DNA of 41,144 nt from an uncultured virus (IMG/VR IMGVR_UViG_3300028586_000757) (IMGVR_UViG_3300028586_000757); one strand, 5' to 3'; shown: positions 1 to 9,424, counted from the first letter of the stretch. The notes: generated from the sequence alone by a model not told the origin. Program-made: numbers and translations.

Positions 1-556
1 AGTACTTATGTGGTACGTCGAAACCCAGCTCCAGCAGAGTATCTTCGTCGACGGTTGCGTCAAGAAGACCGTACGACCAGTCTTCGAGGCAATAGTCTTC
101 GTCCAGACGATGGGCGGTGGGCTCCTTTTCATCGCCATAGTGAGCGACGACGACCAGTTCCTGGTACAGCGTTGTATCGACAATGGCACCAATCAACGCG
201 TTGATGAGTCCGTGGCTGAAGGTAACAACTACCAGAGCGGCTTCTTCCTTGCTGCGCACTTTAGCAAACTCGCGCATGACGTCAATGCATGCTTGGGCTT
301 CAGTGCGTAGGGTTTCCGGTGCAACGAGAAGTTTGGAGCCTGGCGTGGTCGCGAGGTGGTCCAAGCCAGTTTTGACCATGCTGTCGCGCACCAAGTCGCT
401 TAACATGCTGGTGGTTTCACGGCGATACTGGCCTGGCTCGTGTGTAGCGTCGGCTTGGCCGTAGCACTTACTCAAACCTGGGCCAACATGCAGCACCAGG
501 CGAGGGGCAGGGCGTTCGGCTTTGGTACTATTGTCGGTTGCGATGATGTCAGTCAT
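1..556 (-). CDS. Hypothetical protein, 3'-truncated by the window edge (MTDIIATDNSTKAERPAPRLVLHVGPG...)
   Basis: Read by hand: ATG at 556 preceded by AAAGGACATC; frame stays open to position 2. Absent from the ORF track because the stop lies outside the window. Confidence 0.75.
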   Translation of the reverse strand, partial: MTDIIATDNSTKAERPAPRLVLHVGPGLSKCYGQADATHEPGQYRRETTSMLSDLVRDSMVKTGLDHLATTPGSKLLVAPETLRTEAQACIDVMREFAKVRSKEEAALVVVTFSHGLINALIGAIVDTTLYQELVVVAHYGDEKEPTAHRLDEDYCLEDWSYGLLDATVDEDTLLELGFDVPHKY

Positions 557-685
557 GATGTCCTTTGAGGGCGCTGAAGTGAAATTGGGTCTATTGCTGT
601 CTAGCTATCAAGCTTAGTGACCCGGGCCTATGTCGGTTTGTAGGGTTCGCTACACGTAACAGGACAATTTCAAGGAAAATAAGAC

Positions 686-1300
686 ATGCAAACCACTGCT
701 ACCGGAAAACGCGTTTCCAAAGGCGCCCCAGTCGTCGTTGACGACACTGGCATGATGTACTACTTCGGTGGCGGCAGTAACGTCGACAAGAACGGGGAAT
801 ACCTGGACATTCCAGGGTTTCACCTGGGCCCGCGCACCAAGGAAAGCAATCCATACTCGTATGACCCGCTGCTGCAGTGGCGCAAATACGATAAGACGCC
901 AGCTACCGCGTCGGCGGTCTACTCAGACCGTATGGCCCAGTGGGACTACAGCAAGTACCGTTCGCTCATTGAAAAGCATTTCACGGGCATCGGCCACGAC
1001 CGAGGCGGCGACTACTTCCACAGCCGCAGCCCCAAGCGTATTGAAGCCTTCCTGCGCGACTACAACGACAACCAGGACCTGGAGCTCGTGCGCATCGAAG
1101 AGCACTGTAACTGGTCCAGCGGCTATCCGGTGTGGGCGTTCTTCTACGTCGACCCTAACTACGTGCCGCCAGCGCCACGTATGGAGCTGCCCAAAGCTCT
1201 GCCGCAGCTGGCTCGACTGGCCAAGGCTACTGGCGTGAACCGTCAGCGCGCGCAGTCCATGCGTGCGAAGGCACGAATGCGTAAGGCCATCCAGGCATAA
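686..1300 (+). CDS. Hypothetical protein (204 aa)
   Basis: AAGGA RBS, CTACAC at 650-655, terminator downstream. Confidence 0.8.
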   Translation: MQTTATGKRVSKGAPVVVDDTGMMYYFGGGSNVDKNGEYLDIPGFHLGPRTKESNPYSYDPLLQWRKYDKTPATASAVYSDRMAQWDYSKYRSLIEKHFTGIGHDRGGDYFHSRSPKRIEAFLRDYNDNQDLELVRIEEHCNWSSGYPVWAFFYVDPNYVPPAPRMELPKALPQLARLAKATGVNRQRAQSMRAKARMRKAIQA

Positions 1301-1317
1301 CTCTGCTGTCAATTCTG

Positions 1318-1348
1318 AACGGGCACCTTCTGGTGTCCGTTTCCTTTT
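1318..1348 (+). terminator. Intrinsic terminator
   Basis: AACGGGCACC-TTCT-GGTGTCCGTT then TCCTTTT. Confidence 0.7.
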
Positions 1349-1427
1349 AGTACTGAGTCAGTGACAGTCCTTTAAAAGAAAACAGCGCGAGCTCCTTGCG
1401 GGGCACGCGCTGCATGAATGATGGGTT

Positions 1428-2027
1428 TTACGCCTGGGCTTTAATCAGCCACAGCTGTTTGACGTCCTTGAGCTCGAGCACGTCGCGACCGGTAATGACC
1501 TCAAGACTATCATTTCGCACCCGTGCCAAGCAGGGAACGATGTTCAGACCTTGCCGGACCAAGTACTGCGGACGGTCCTCGTTTGCAGCTTGGGCGCGGC
1601 TATCTTCATCTTGAACAAAGCCGACGATGTGCGTCTTGGGGACTTCGACCACGACCAAGCGAGTGCCTAGCCATTTGGCACGGCAGTAGCTGTAAATGTC
1701 TTCAGCGTCCTGGTCGGAGATGCGTTCATCACGTAGGATGGCCAACGCTTGGCGCTTCTCCGCTGCCAGGATGTGCTGGAAGAGGGCGCCGGCAGCAATG
1801 CTACTCATGCCGTCTTGAAGGTCCTGCAACAGTTCTTCACCGCGCTCCACGGACACGGACGACTTGCTCGAGGGCTTGCGGCCAACAGATGCCTTGGCGT
1901 GTGCTGCGAGCGCAGCACGATACTGCCCCTCAAAGTCTTCGCCGTCTTTCTCGGCTGCTTTCGCCGCCGCTTCCATCTCTTGCGTTAGTTCGCGCGGAAC
2001 GATTTGCCAAATGGACTCGTGATTCAT
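1428..2027 (-). CDS. Hypothetical protein; C-terminal ~120 aa domain paralogous to 2045-3016
   Basis: ATG at 2027 (MNHESIW) after AAAGGA; shares ERGE..L.DL..G / AED.Y.YCR.KWLG.RL..VEVP / YLVRQG / QLW with its neighbour. Confidence 0.8.
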   Translation of the reverse strand: MNHESIWQIVPRELTQEMEAAAKAAEKDGEDFEGQYRAALAAHAKASVGRKPSSKSSVSVERGEELLQDLQDGMSSIAAGALFQHILAAEKRQALAILRDERISDQDAEDIYSYCRAKWLGTRLVVVEVPKTHIVGFVQDEDSRAQAANEDRPQYLVRQGLNIVPCLARVRNDSLEVITGRDVLELKDVKQLWLIKAQA

Positions 2028-2044
2028 AGGTTCCTTTTTTGTAC

Positions 2045-3016
2045 TTACTGCGGTACTTCGACGACCATCCACAGCTGCGGAACCGTCGACAGTTCAACAC
2101 GGTCTTTGCGCAGGTCCAGCCACAGCCTGCCTACGCGTTCTTCGGCATAGCCGCTTTCGACAGATTTTCCTTGGCGGACCAGGTATTTGGGGCCGTAGCC
2201 ATTGAATACCTCGGTGGAGGGCAGGTTCTTGCGAACTACTTCTTCCATCTGGTGTCGCGGCACTTCGACAAGCATCAGACGTTTGCCCAGCCACTTTTGT
2301 CGACAATACGCGTAGAGGTCTTCCGCGTTTTGGCCCGTCATGCGTTCTTCAGCGAGAACTTCGAGAGCTCTCACTTTGTCGCCTGCCAGGATGCGCAAAC
2401 GCAAATCTTCAGCGACCGGGCTGGCAATGCCTTCTTCCAGGTCAGCCATGAGCTGTTCTCCGCGCTCTTCCGATACGGCAGAACCTGTCTCAGCTACCGC
2501 AGGTGCGGCTAATGCGGCGGTCCCACGTTGGAATGCGTCCAGAACTCGTTTGTCAGTAAACCCGTGGCGGGACGCAAGACTCAGTAACAGGTAAGCGTTA
2601 TGGGCGCCGTCGCAGACAGCTTGCGCTTCCAAATCGTGCCCGATTGGCCTAAGGGAGTCGAAAGTGCGTTGTGCGGCCTCGAAGGCATGTTCAAACCGTC
2701 GGCGGCCGGCAGCTATGTCTGCACGAATCGCGTCCAGGATGGCGAGATTCCCTTTCTGAAACGCAGGGATGAAGCTGGGGTAGTTCCAGTAGGTTCCGCT
2801 CTCGTTTGCGTTACCCGCGACCATAGCGAGAGCATCGTGGGCTGTGAGGCCTGCGGCGCTTTCGAGCGCCAGTCCGCTGGTACGTACTTCTTCGGTGATT
2901 TGCAGCACCCGTGCAGCGATTTGCCCGTAGTTTTCTGGCAAAATGACGCCTTCTTGCAGCAGCGCCTGCGTAATCTTATGCGCCAGGTTGTCGTTCAATA
3001 GTGATGGGTTTGCCAT
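2045..3016 (-). CDS. Hypothetical protein (323 aa), paralogue of 1428-2027
   Basis: CAGGAG RBS; CTACAC on the minus strand at 3069-3074; shared C-terminal domain. Confidence 0.8.
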   Translation of the reverse strand: MANPSLLNDNLAHKITQALLQEGVILPENYGQIAARVLQITEEVRTSGLALESAAGLTAHDALAMVAGNANESGTYWNYPSFIPAFQKGNLAILDAIRADIAAGRRRFEHAFEAAQRTFDSLRPIGHDLEAQAVCDGAHNAYLLLSLASRHGFTDKRVLDAFQRGTAALAAPAVAETGSAVSEERGEQLMADLEEGIASPVAEDLRLRILAGDKVRALEVLAEERMTGQNAEDLYAYCRQKWLGKRLMLVEVPRHQMEEVVRKNLPSTEVFNGYGPKYLVRQGKSVESGYAEERVGRLWLDLRKDRVELSTVPQLWMVVEVPQ

Positions 3017-3100
3017 GTATTCTCCTGGGTTGACTGGAATGATGCCAGTTAAAAATGTGTCCTTTAGCGTGTAGCCATGCGCCGCGCTCCCCGCGCACCA

Positions 3101-3283
3101 CTAGCAGGGCGTGAACTCTTTGTGGTGTTTTCGCAGATGCCCATTCAGGGCGCCGCATTCGGAGCACTTTGCGCCCTCAGCAACTAGGTTGCGGTCGCAC
3201 TTCCAGCACCAGTAATGGCCCCGTTTGGGCAATCGCGACAGGTACCGGTTTCGCTTCCGTGTGGGTATTTCGATGTCACGCAA
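3101..3283 (-). CDS. Small zinc-ribbon protein
   Basis: CWKC...CSEC motif; AAGGAG RBS before a TTG start. Confidence 0.55.
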   Translation of the reverse strand: MRDIEIPTRKRNRYLSRLPKRGHYWCWKCDRNLVAEGAKCSECGALNGHLRKHHKEFTPC

Positions 3284-3347
3284 GAATCGACTCCTTCATG
3301 ATAGTTGGCTATACCGAATAGGTACACATTTTTAGAAAAGGCACCAA

Positions 3348-4022
3348 ATGACCACTGATAAATACGAACTTGTCGACACCGACGAACGCCCGTTCGGCCC
3401 GGACACCAAGCTGTTTCGCATCCGCGCACTGCGTGACGTCGGCACCGACGTCAAGGCCGGTGACATGGGCGGCCTCGTAGGCGGCCCTTCCAGTCTGTTT
3501 CACCCTGGTGACTGCTGGGTGTATCCGGACGCCATCGTTTGTAAGGGTGCGAAGGTCATGGACGATGCCACGGTGCGCGACCGTGTTCGAGTGCTGGGCA
3601 ACGCCATCCTCGAAGGGCGTAGTTCCATTCGAGGCGATGTCCAAATCTTCTCTGACATCAGCCTGAGTCGGGATGACACGCTTGAAGGTAACTGCCAGGT
3701 CGTCGCGCTGGAAGTGGTGGCTGCTGGCCACTATGCGCTGGGCGGCCATACTCGGTTTTGTTTCCAGTGCGCGCTGGGAGAATCGCAGATTCATTTCGAG
3801 CTGAGCGCTGCGAGCTGCGTTCCGAAGTTTGCCGCTCGATTGGCTACCCTTTCAGCCGGCCAAAAGCTTGCGTACATTCAGCAAAACGGGGAGATTCATC
3901 CTCTGAGCGTGGGCCAGAATGACCGCCTGCGGTTCAGTACGGTTCACACGACCCTCGACGACATCAAAACCGACAAACGGTGGGCCTCGCGCTATCCGCA
4001 AAACATCGTTCATCTGACCTGA
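3348..4022 (+). CDS. Left-handed beta-helix (hexapeptide repeat) protein of a phage/plasmid-associated type
   Basis: KYEL..LFRIRALRD..VKAGDMGGLV..GDCWVYPDAIV followed by hexapeptide repeats (VCKGAK VMDDAT VRDRVR VLGNAI). Confidence 0.75.
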   Translation: MTTDKYELVDTDERPFGPDTKLFRIRALRDVGTDVKAGDMGGLVGGPSSLFHPGDCWVYPDAIVCKGAKVMDDATVRDRVRVLGNAILEGRSSIRGDVQIFSDISLSRDDTLEGNCQVVALEVVAAGHYALGGHTRFCFQCALGESQIHFELSAASCVPKFAARLATLSAGQKLAYIQQNGEIHPLSVGQNDRLRFSTVHTTLDDIKTDKRWASRYPQNIVHLT

Positions 4023-4026
4023 TTAC

Positions 4027-4055
4027 AACCCGGCCACCTCGGCCGGGTTTTCTTT
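4027..4055 (+). terminator. Intrinsic terminator (repeat partner of 4958-4983)
   Basis: AACCCGGCC-ACCTC-GGCCGGGTT then TTCTTT. Confidence 0.8.
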
Positions 4056-4214
4056 CACCCAAAGAAGAACCGCGCCACGAAGACACGGTGTTTTGAACAA
4101 TGCAAGTCAGCTGGCGAGTCGGCACTTTGAAACCAATCATGCTTCCTAGCTGTGTACCATCACAAGGCTCAGGTTTGGCTATACCTGAAGACACATCTTT
4201 TTGAGGACAACTAC

Positions 4215-4949
4215 ATGACTGAACCCGACCTGACTAACGCTTTCCGCGCTCGCGCAATTCTCGAAGACACTATCCCCCAATATTCGCTGGGGGTGGAACG
4301 AAAAGAATTCATGAAAGACCTGAAGCACCAAGACCGGGACCTGTATTTCGCGGTTCTAGGCTTGATGTACGACGTGTGGCCTCACCAAGTCACCGGCGAG
4401 GACATCACCGAAGGCGCCGCGCCGCATGAAATCGGCAAGTTCTTCGTGGGGCACAACGCAGAGCATTTCACCGACGCGCCAGTCATTCCCTTGGCTACCA
4501 CGCTCGAGAAGTCGTTCGAGGTCGGCTGCCTAACGTTACGCCTGGAGGAACAATTTCAGCGTGAATGCGCCGTGGGTGAGCCGCTGCCACGGCTTTGCTT
4601 CCCTGAAGGTATTCAGGCGCTGGACCTGCAGCTTTGTCGCGTGGTCAGTCAAACGCGGCAGTTCGAGCGGATGACCCCCTCTGAGCTCGGCCTGAAAGCG
4701 ACGGAAGAGCTGGGGGAGTTTGGCACCGCTGTTCTGGTGGAGACAGGCGCCATTACGCACAAGTCGCTCAAGGAACCAGCGTTTGGCGAGGCTGCGGATG
4801 TGCTACTGTGCATGACGGCAGCGCTGGCCAAGCTATATCCCAACATGAGCCCCCGAGCAGTCTCTGATGAGCTGGCCCGGTGGGTACACATCAAGCAGGC
4901 CAAGTACGACGTGCTGCTGGAGTCCAAACAGCCTCCTGCAGCCGGCTAA
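4215..4949 (+). CDS. Protein with a C-terminal MazG-like (all-alpha NTP pyrophosphohydrolase) domain
   Basis: LKATEELGEF...GEAADVLLC matches the EExxE...ExxD pattern; ATG at 4215 after GAGGAC. Confidence 0.65.
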   Translation: MTEPDLTNAFRARAILEDTIPQYSLGVERKEFMKDLKHQDRDLYFAVLGLMYDVWPHQVTGEDITEGAAPHEIGKFFVGHNAEHFTDAPVIPLATTLEKSFEVGCLTLRLEEQFQRECAVGEPLPRLCFPEGIQALDLQLCRVVSQTRQFERMTPSELGLKATEELGEFGTAVLVETGAITHKSLKEPAFGEAADVLLCMTAALAKLYPNMSPRAVSDELARWVHIKQAKYDVLLESKQPPAAG

Positions 4950-4957
4950 CCTTCACG

Positions 4958-4983
4958 AACCCGGCTACGTGCCGGGTTTTCTT
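4958..4983 (+). terminator. Intrinsic terminator
   Basis: AACCCGGC-TACGT-GCCGGGTT then TTCTT. Confidence 0.8.
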
Positions 4984-5050
4984 ATGAGGAGAGGGCGGGC
5001 CTCCTTTCGCCATCCGTCCTATACGTAGCTTCTTAGTAACTGGAGCTATC

Positions 5051-5455
5051 GTGTATTCTGCTCTCAAAGTCATTCGCGGCGTCGGCGCCGCAGTTCTGGC
5101 CCTGTCTGTATTGGTCACTCCCGCCTTTGCCCGGGGTCACCACAGTCACTCGAGTCACTACAGCACGCATTCGAGTCACGTCCACCCCACCCATCGTGGG
5201 CAGCACGCCGTACGGCACCATCACCTGCCGATTCACTCGCCGGCTGCCAAGCATGCGCGACCGAACGAGGCGGCGCTTCTGGAGCATGGAAGCTACCGCA
5301 ACAGTGAGGGAGTCAACGTGCATTCGCCGGCGCACTCCGCCTCAGGAGCCGTTCCGGATGGCACCTCGGCACGGTGCGGCGACGGCACGTACTCGTTCAG
5401 CCTGCACCGCCGTGGAACTTGTTCGCATCACGGTGGCGTCTCGGTTTGGTTCTGA
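5051..5455 (+). CDS. Secreted His-rich DUF3761-family protein
   Basis: Signal peptide ending AFA, His-rich linker, C-terminal ARCGDGTYSFSLHRRGTCSHHGGV signature; GGAG RBS before GTG. Confidence 0.8.
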   Translation: MYSALKVIRGVGAAVLALSVLVTPAFARGHHSHSSHYSTHSSHVHPTHRGQHAVRHHHLPIHSPAAKHARPNEAALLEHGSYRNSEGVNVHSPAHSASGAVPDGTSARCGDGTYSFSLHRRGTCSHHGGVSVWF

Positions 5456-5504
5456 CACAGATAGATTTAACGGCCTACACAAAGCTTTACCGGACCAAGC
5501 CATC

Positions 5505-5693
5505 ATGACAATCATCAAGAACGACCCCTCCACGTATCGCCTACGAACGAAGCTTGCAGCTGCAAGGACATCGGCCCGCGAAACGGAGCCTGTGCTCTCG
5601 CGCGCCGAAGTCGAAGCGGCACTGCGCGAAGCAGACCCCCACGGCTATGTCCAGTGGCCACAGCCGGCAGAGAAGCACGTATCCAGAGCCTGA
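5505..5693 (+). CDS. Small hypothetical protein (62 aa, MTIIKNDPSTY...)
   Basis: CTACAC at 5475-5480, ATG at 5505, terminator at 5715-5739. Confidence 0.6.
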   Translation: MTIIKNDPSTYRLRTKLAAARTSARETEPVLSRAEVEAALREADPHGYVQWPQPAEKHVSRA

Positions 5694-5783
5694 CTCGACG
5701 CCGACGTAATACAGAAGCAGACCAGGTGGTCTGCTTTTGTATTGGGTTCTGGTACGGTTTGCGGCGCGGCGGGTATCTCACGC

Positions 5784-6335
5784 CTATCGGTAGAAGAGGT
5801 CGGTGCGCAGAACGTATTTTTCGCCTGAGTTCACAGGCCTGCCTTCATGCCAGAAGTCGTGCTGGAACAGCAATACGTCGCCGGCGCGCGGCGAAATCGT
5901 AATCCAGTTGTCCCGGTACGCGTAACTGGTCGGCATGAGAATGGTTTCCCCGCCGTCAGTGTCGTTCAGATAGAACAGAATCGTGACCAGGCTTTCCAGC
6001 TCTTTGTCGTGGAAGTGGCCATCGCGGTGCGGCTTGAAATACTGGCCCGGGCTATAGCGGTACATCCGGAAATGGCTGCCGGCCTGTGCGAAATTCTTGT
6101 CCTCGAGCACATACGGAAACCCGTCTACTGCGGCTACCTGCAGCGCGGCTTCGAGCTCACGCGCCAGCTGCGGGTTGTCCCACTCCAGCCGTTCGTTGTT
6201 GCGCACGTTCGTTAAGCGCTCCTGCTGGCCATAATTGTTGACGGTGGCCTGCTCGAAGCCCCTTGCGCGGGCTTGGTCGATGAGCTGCTGGCAGCGTTCT
6301 ACCGAGAGCACGCCCGGCAAATGTAGGTGGAACAT
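5784..6335 (-). CDS. 2OG-Fe(II) oxygenase (prolyl-4-hydroxylase-like)
   Basis: FKPHRDG (HxD), YLND..GGET, WHEG..V..GEKYVLR; AAGGAG RBS. Confidence 0.9.
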   Translation of the reverse strand: MFHLHLPGVLSVERCQQLIDQARARGFEQATVNNYGQQERLTNVRNNERLEWDNPQLARELEAALQVAAVDGFPYVLEDKNFAQAGSHFRMYRYSPGQYFKPHRDGHFHDKELESLVTILFYLNDTDGGETILMPTSYAYRDNWITISPRAGDVLLFQHDFWHEGRPVNSGEKYVLRTDLFYR

Positions 6336-6443
6336 ATCTACTCCTTTTCGGATGGCACTACCGGTGTATCGACTTCGTTTAGTGCATAAAATCTGGGCAG
6401 TTTGGTCGCTATACCGTGGATACCCACTTCTTAATTCGCGACC

Positions 6444-6791
6444 ATGGACGTTCTTTTCTACTACACCGGCAAGCTGGTCTGGCTTGGTCTGGCGCTGCTA
6501 GCCATTTGGCTCGCTATCGAAGTCATAGTAGGCTTTGCCAATGCGGTCAGCTGGGCTCGATGGACTTATTACAGGGCCAAGAAACACGGGCATCCGCTGC
6601 GCTGGCTCCGTTTTCCTGAAGCCTTTGTGCGTGAGTGGTTCGACCTTATCGGGTACCGCAACCGCGGGCGGGTCACCATGTCGAGCAGTGACGGCGGCCT
6701 TTGGCGCGGCATCGGCGACTGGACGGTGGGCATGGGTCCGGTTGAGGTGGCTCCGTTCGACCCGGAACCCTCGGAAGTTCCTCATCCCTGA
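6444..6791 (+). CDS. Small membrane protein
   Basis: N-terminal hydrophobic helix; CTATAC at 6409-6414. Confidence 0.7.
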   Translation: MDVLFYYTGKLVWLGLALLAIWLAIEVIVGFANAVSWARWTYYRAKKHGHPLRWLRFPEAFVREWFDLIGYRNRGRVTMSSSDGGLWRGIGDWTVGMGPVEVAPFDPEPSEVPHP

Positions 6792-6847
6792 CGAAATCCA
6801 TGCGCCCGCATAGATTTCTGCTTTGGGATTCGACCCACTTTCAACCC

Positions 6848-7096
6848 TCAATGCGTCGGCAAGAGCTCGGCGTAATGAGGGTGGCTCTCTGGCAATATCA
6901 GCGCATCAATTGACGACGTAACCGTAACTGCCCCGGTCTCGCGCGCCTCATGCCGCTCCACTTCCCAGTCTCCTAGGTAATTCTTGCCTGCAATGGTCCA
7001 GGTCTCACCGAAATAGGAGACCTGTCGACCGGTAATGTCGAGACCACCTCCCAGTAGGCCGTCTGCTTCGACATCCATTTTTCTTAATCCCTTCAT
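6848..7096 (-). CDS. Small hypothetical protein
   Basis: 82 aa ORF with GGAGG upstream, filling the gap between neighbours. Confidence 0.6.
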   Translation of the reverse strand: MKGLRKMDVEADGLLGGGLDITGRQVSYFGETWTIAGKNYLGDWEVERHEARETGAVTVTSSIDALILPESHPHYAELLPTH

Positions 7097-7148
7097 CCTG
7101 CCTCCCGAAGCTCTCTATTGAGGCGCGCCGTGGACTATCTTTCGGAGC

Positions 7149-7177
7149 TTGCCAATAATTCTGTAGTCAGCTACAAT
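7149..7177 (+). promoter_or_regulatory. Canonical sigma70 promoter with an overlapping palindrome; predicts a leaderless mRNA
   Basis: TTGCCA (7149-7154), 17 nt, TACAAT (7172-7177); ATG 6 nt later; TGTAG-TCAG-CTACA inverted repeat over the -10. Confidence 0.75.
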
Positions 7178-7183
7178 AATAGC

Positions 7184-8035
7184 ATGAATACATCTCGCCG
7201 TCCAGGTAGGCCCCGCACCAATGCCCCAGGCACCACTGCTAGTCAGCGAGTGCGCAAGTCTGTCAACCAGTTGAAAGCGGCAGGCGGAGACCGCAAAACG
7301 TTTCGCTTGCGTGCGCCTGCGCTCGAGGCGCTTACTGAACTTGTCGACAGTCGTCGATATCCTAACGAGACCGCGGCTGTCGAAGGCGCGCTCTTTCTTG
7401 CCCGGAGTTCTGCCATGACCATGCCCTCGCTCTACCCCGTTCACATCGACAATCCGGCCGTTCAGGCCGTGGTACAGACCGCAGTTAGTGCCGCGTGCGC
7501 CGAACTGGATAGTCTGTTCCCTGGCGCTAAACCAGAAGTAAATGGAGTCTCCTCCAATTTCGCAGGTCTGCTGGAAAACCACATCAAGGCGCTGCTCACA
7601 GGGAAGACAGGCTATACGCCGTCGCACCTGGTGGAGCTGCCGGTTCTGCTAGCCACCGACCACGTCTTTGGCAAGCCATTCAATCTGCCGGAGGAGCAGG
7701 GGGCCGGCTACATGGTGGTCGACGAAACCTCACGTAAAGTGCTGAGCGCGTACAGCGGCCGATTCAGCTTCGCCATGCAGGATGCGAGCCTCGCTTACAC
7801 CGAGGAATTCACGTTCACGCCGCCGGGCGCGCGAACGGATGGGCTTGCAGCGACGAAGCCGGGACAAGACGTCGACGTACTGTTTTCAACGCATGAGGTA
7901 GCGGTGAAAAAGACGTTGGCCGCGCTGGAAGAAGAGGGCGTCGCACTAAAGGACCGGAAGATTCGTATTGTGACCGGCCTCTGGGATGACGAGAAAGAGC
8001 AGTATGTTGAATACGCAGCGGGAGTGCCGGCCTAA
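7184..8035 (+). CDS. Hypothetical protein with an N-terminal putative DNA-binding region (GRPR plus RHH-like)
   Basis: MNTSRRPGRPR...RKTFRLRAPALEALTEL..; possible second in-frame start at 7415 with GGAG. Confidence 0.7.
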   Translation: MNTSRRPGRPRTNAPGTTASQRVRKSVNQLKAAGGDRKTFRLRAPALEALTELVDSRRYPNETAAVEGALFLARSSAMTMPSLYPVHIDNPAVQAVVQTAVSAACAELDSLFPGAKPEVNGVSSNFAGLLENHIKALLTGKTGYTPSHLVELPVLLATDHVFGKPFNLPEEQGAGYMVVDETSRKVLSAYSGRFSFAMQDASLAYTEEFTFTPPGARTDGLAATKPGQDVDVLFSTHEVAVKKTLAALEEEGVALKDRKIRIVTGLWDDEKEQYVEYAAGVPA

Positions 8036-8138
8036 ATGACCTAGCCGTGCGGGTTGTGACCTACGCTTGAGAGGGTCATTGAGACGTTGACCACAGGCGT
8101 TTTGCTACACGTATGACCTCTCTTACAAGGACATTCTC

Positions 8139-8438
8139 ATGACAACCCTGCCGAGCGCCGATACTGCTGGCGTGACAAAAGAAGCCATTGATGCCGACGT
8201 CAACCGTCTGGTGACAGACTGGGTATTTCCGAGTGGCATCTGCCATTCTCCGGACGCGTACACTATGGCCCAGTCAAGTGTTCTCGCGAGCATGCTACGG
8301 AACCGCATGACAGAGTTGGCCGCCGAGGGTATCAGTCCACTCGGCCAGTCATTCGCCCAACTGCTGCAGGGTGTCGTGCCTCACGAAATCCGGGTGTATT
8401 CGGACGACGAAGACGACGAGTTCGCCCAGAACCCCTAA
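8139..8438 (+). CDS. Hypothetical protein (99 aa)
   Basis: CTACAC at 8105, AAGGAC RBS, terminator at 8453-8481. Confidence 0.75.
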   Translation: MTTLPSADTAGVTKEAIDADVNRLVTDWVFPSGICHSPDAYTMAQSSVLASMLRNRMTELAAEGISPLGQSFAQLLQGVVPHEIRVYSDDEDDEFAQNP

Positions 8439-8613
8439 TCGACCTTCCTTCCAAAGCCCAACCGCTCGGTTGGGCTTTTTGTCTGACGATTGGGGTCGCA
8501 GCCTTCCGCGTCTCGGCCGTTTAAGCTGAAGCGCTATATGGCCCACTCCAACTATTTGCTTGCAATCGCCCAGGAACTGCCGTACCGGCCGCAGGCGGTG
8601 CAGAACCGAATCC

Positions 8614-9345
8614 ATGCTTCCTATCGTAATTTTCACTCTCGTCGGGCTGCTCCTTGGCGGCATCACGACAGGCCTCGTACAGCGTCTGGTGCACCAGATG
8701 ACGGAAGACGCCGACGAGTTCGCACGCGACCGTCTTGGTCAACCGAACGCGGTCAGCGCGGCCAAGAACGCCGCTTCACCCGCTACGGGCCCCGCCTGGC
8801 TTCGGCATGCGCCGCTGGTGATGGGCGGCGTCATCGGTGTGGCGTGCGCCATGTTCCCAGGCACGCTCTGGCAAGGGGTAGCGCTCTTTACTGCCGCCTT
8901 TGTTCTGCTCTGGCTGGTAGCTGTCGACTTCAAGACCATGTATCTCCCCGAGTCGCTCAACTACGCGCTTGCTGGCATCGGCGTCCTCGCCGGCGCATTA
9001 GGCTGGTTCGTGACGCCGGAAAACGCGTTGTGGGGCGTTCTGGCGGGCTATCTGTCGCTCTATGTACCCGCTGTCATCTTCCAAAAGGTGCGAGGAATTC
9101 AAGGCTTGGGTGAGGGCGACTGCCTGCTGCTTGCGGGCATGGGCGGCTATATCGGCCCCATGGCCATTGTGCCGCTGCTGCTCATCGCCAGCTTCGTCGC
9201 CATCATCGGGCACTTCGCCACGGGTAACAAACGAGAAAATCCGTTCCCGTTCGGCCCCGCCCTGGCCGTCGCCGGCGTGCTGACCTTCATCATCATTCGG
9301 GTTCCTGCCCTGCAGCCAGGCGTACTGCAAGCCTTCTTCCAGTAA
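8614..9345 (+). CDS. Prepilin peptidase, family A24 (lacks the Cys-rich N-terminal domain of PilD)
   Basis: Multi-pass membrane protein with catalytic VAVDFKTMYLP and GLGEGDCLLLA motifs and the PFPFGPALA motif. Confidence 0.9.
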   Translation: MLPIVIFTLVGLLLGGITTGLVQRLVHQMTEDADEFARDRLGQPNAVSAAKNAASPATGPAWLRHAPLVMGGVIGVACAMFPGTLWQGVALFTAAFVLLWLVAVDFKTMYLPESLNYALAGIGVLAGALGWFVTPENALWGVLAGYLSLYVPAVIFQKVRGIQGLGEGDCLLLAGMGGYIGPMAIVPLLLIASFVAIIGHFATGNKRENPFPFGPALAVAGVLTFIIIRVPALQPGVLQAFFQ

Positions 9346-9424
9346 TACCTGCAGTACCTGAGAGCGCGGCCGGGCGGCTGCGCTCGTGCCTATAAGGGTT
9401 AGACCCATTTTAATAGGACACGAC

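Noticed and set aside
5127..5504. 188 aa ORF 5127-5693
   Set aside because: Its 5' part overlaps the DUF3761 gene out of frame; only 5505-5693 has its own upstream signals.
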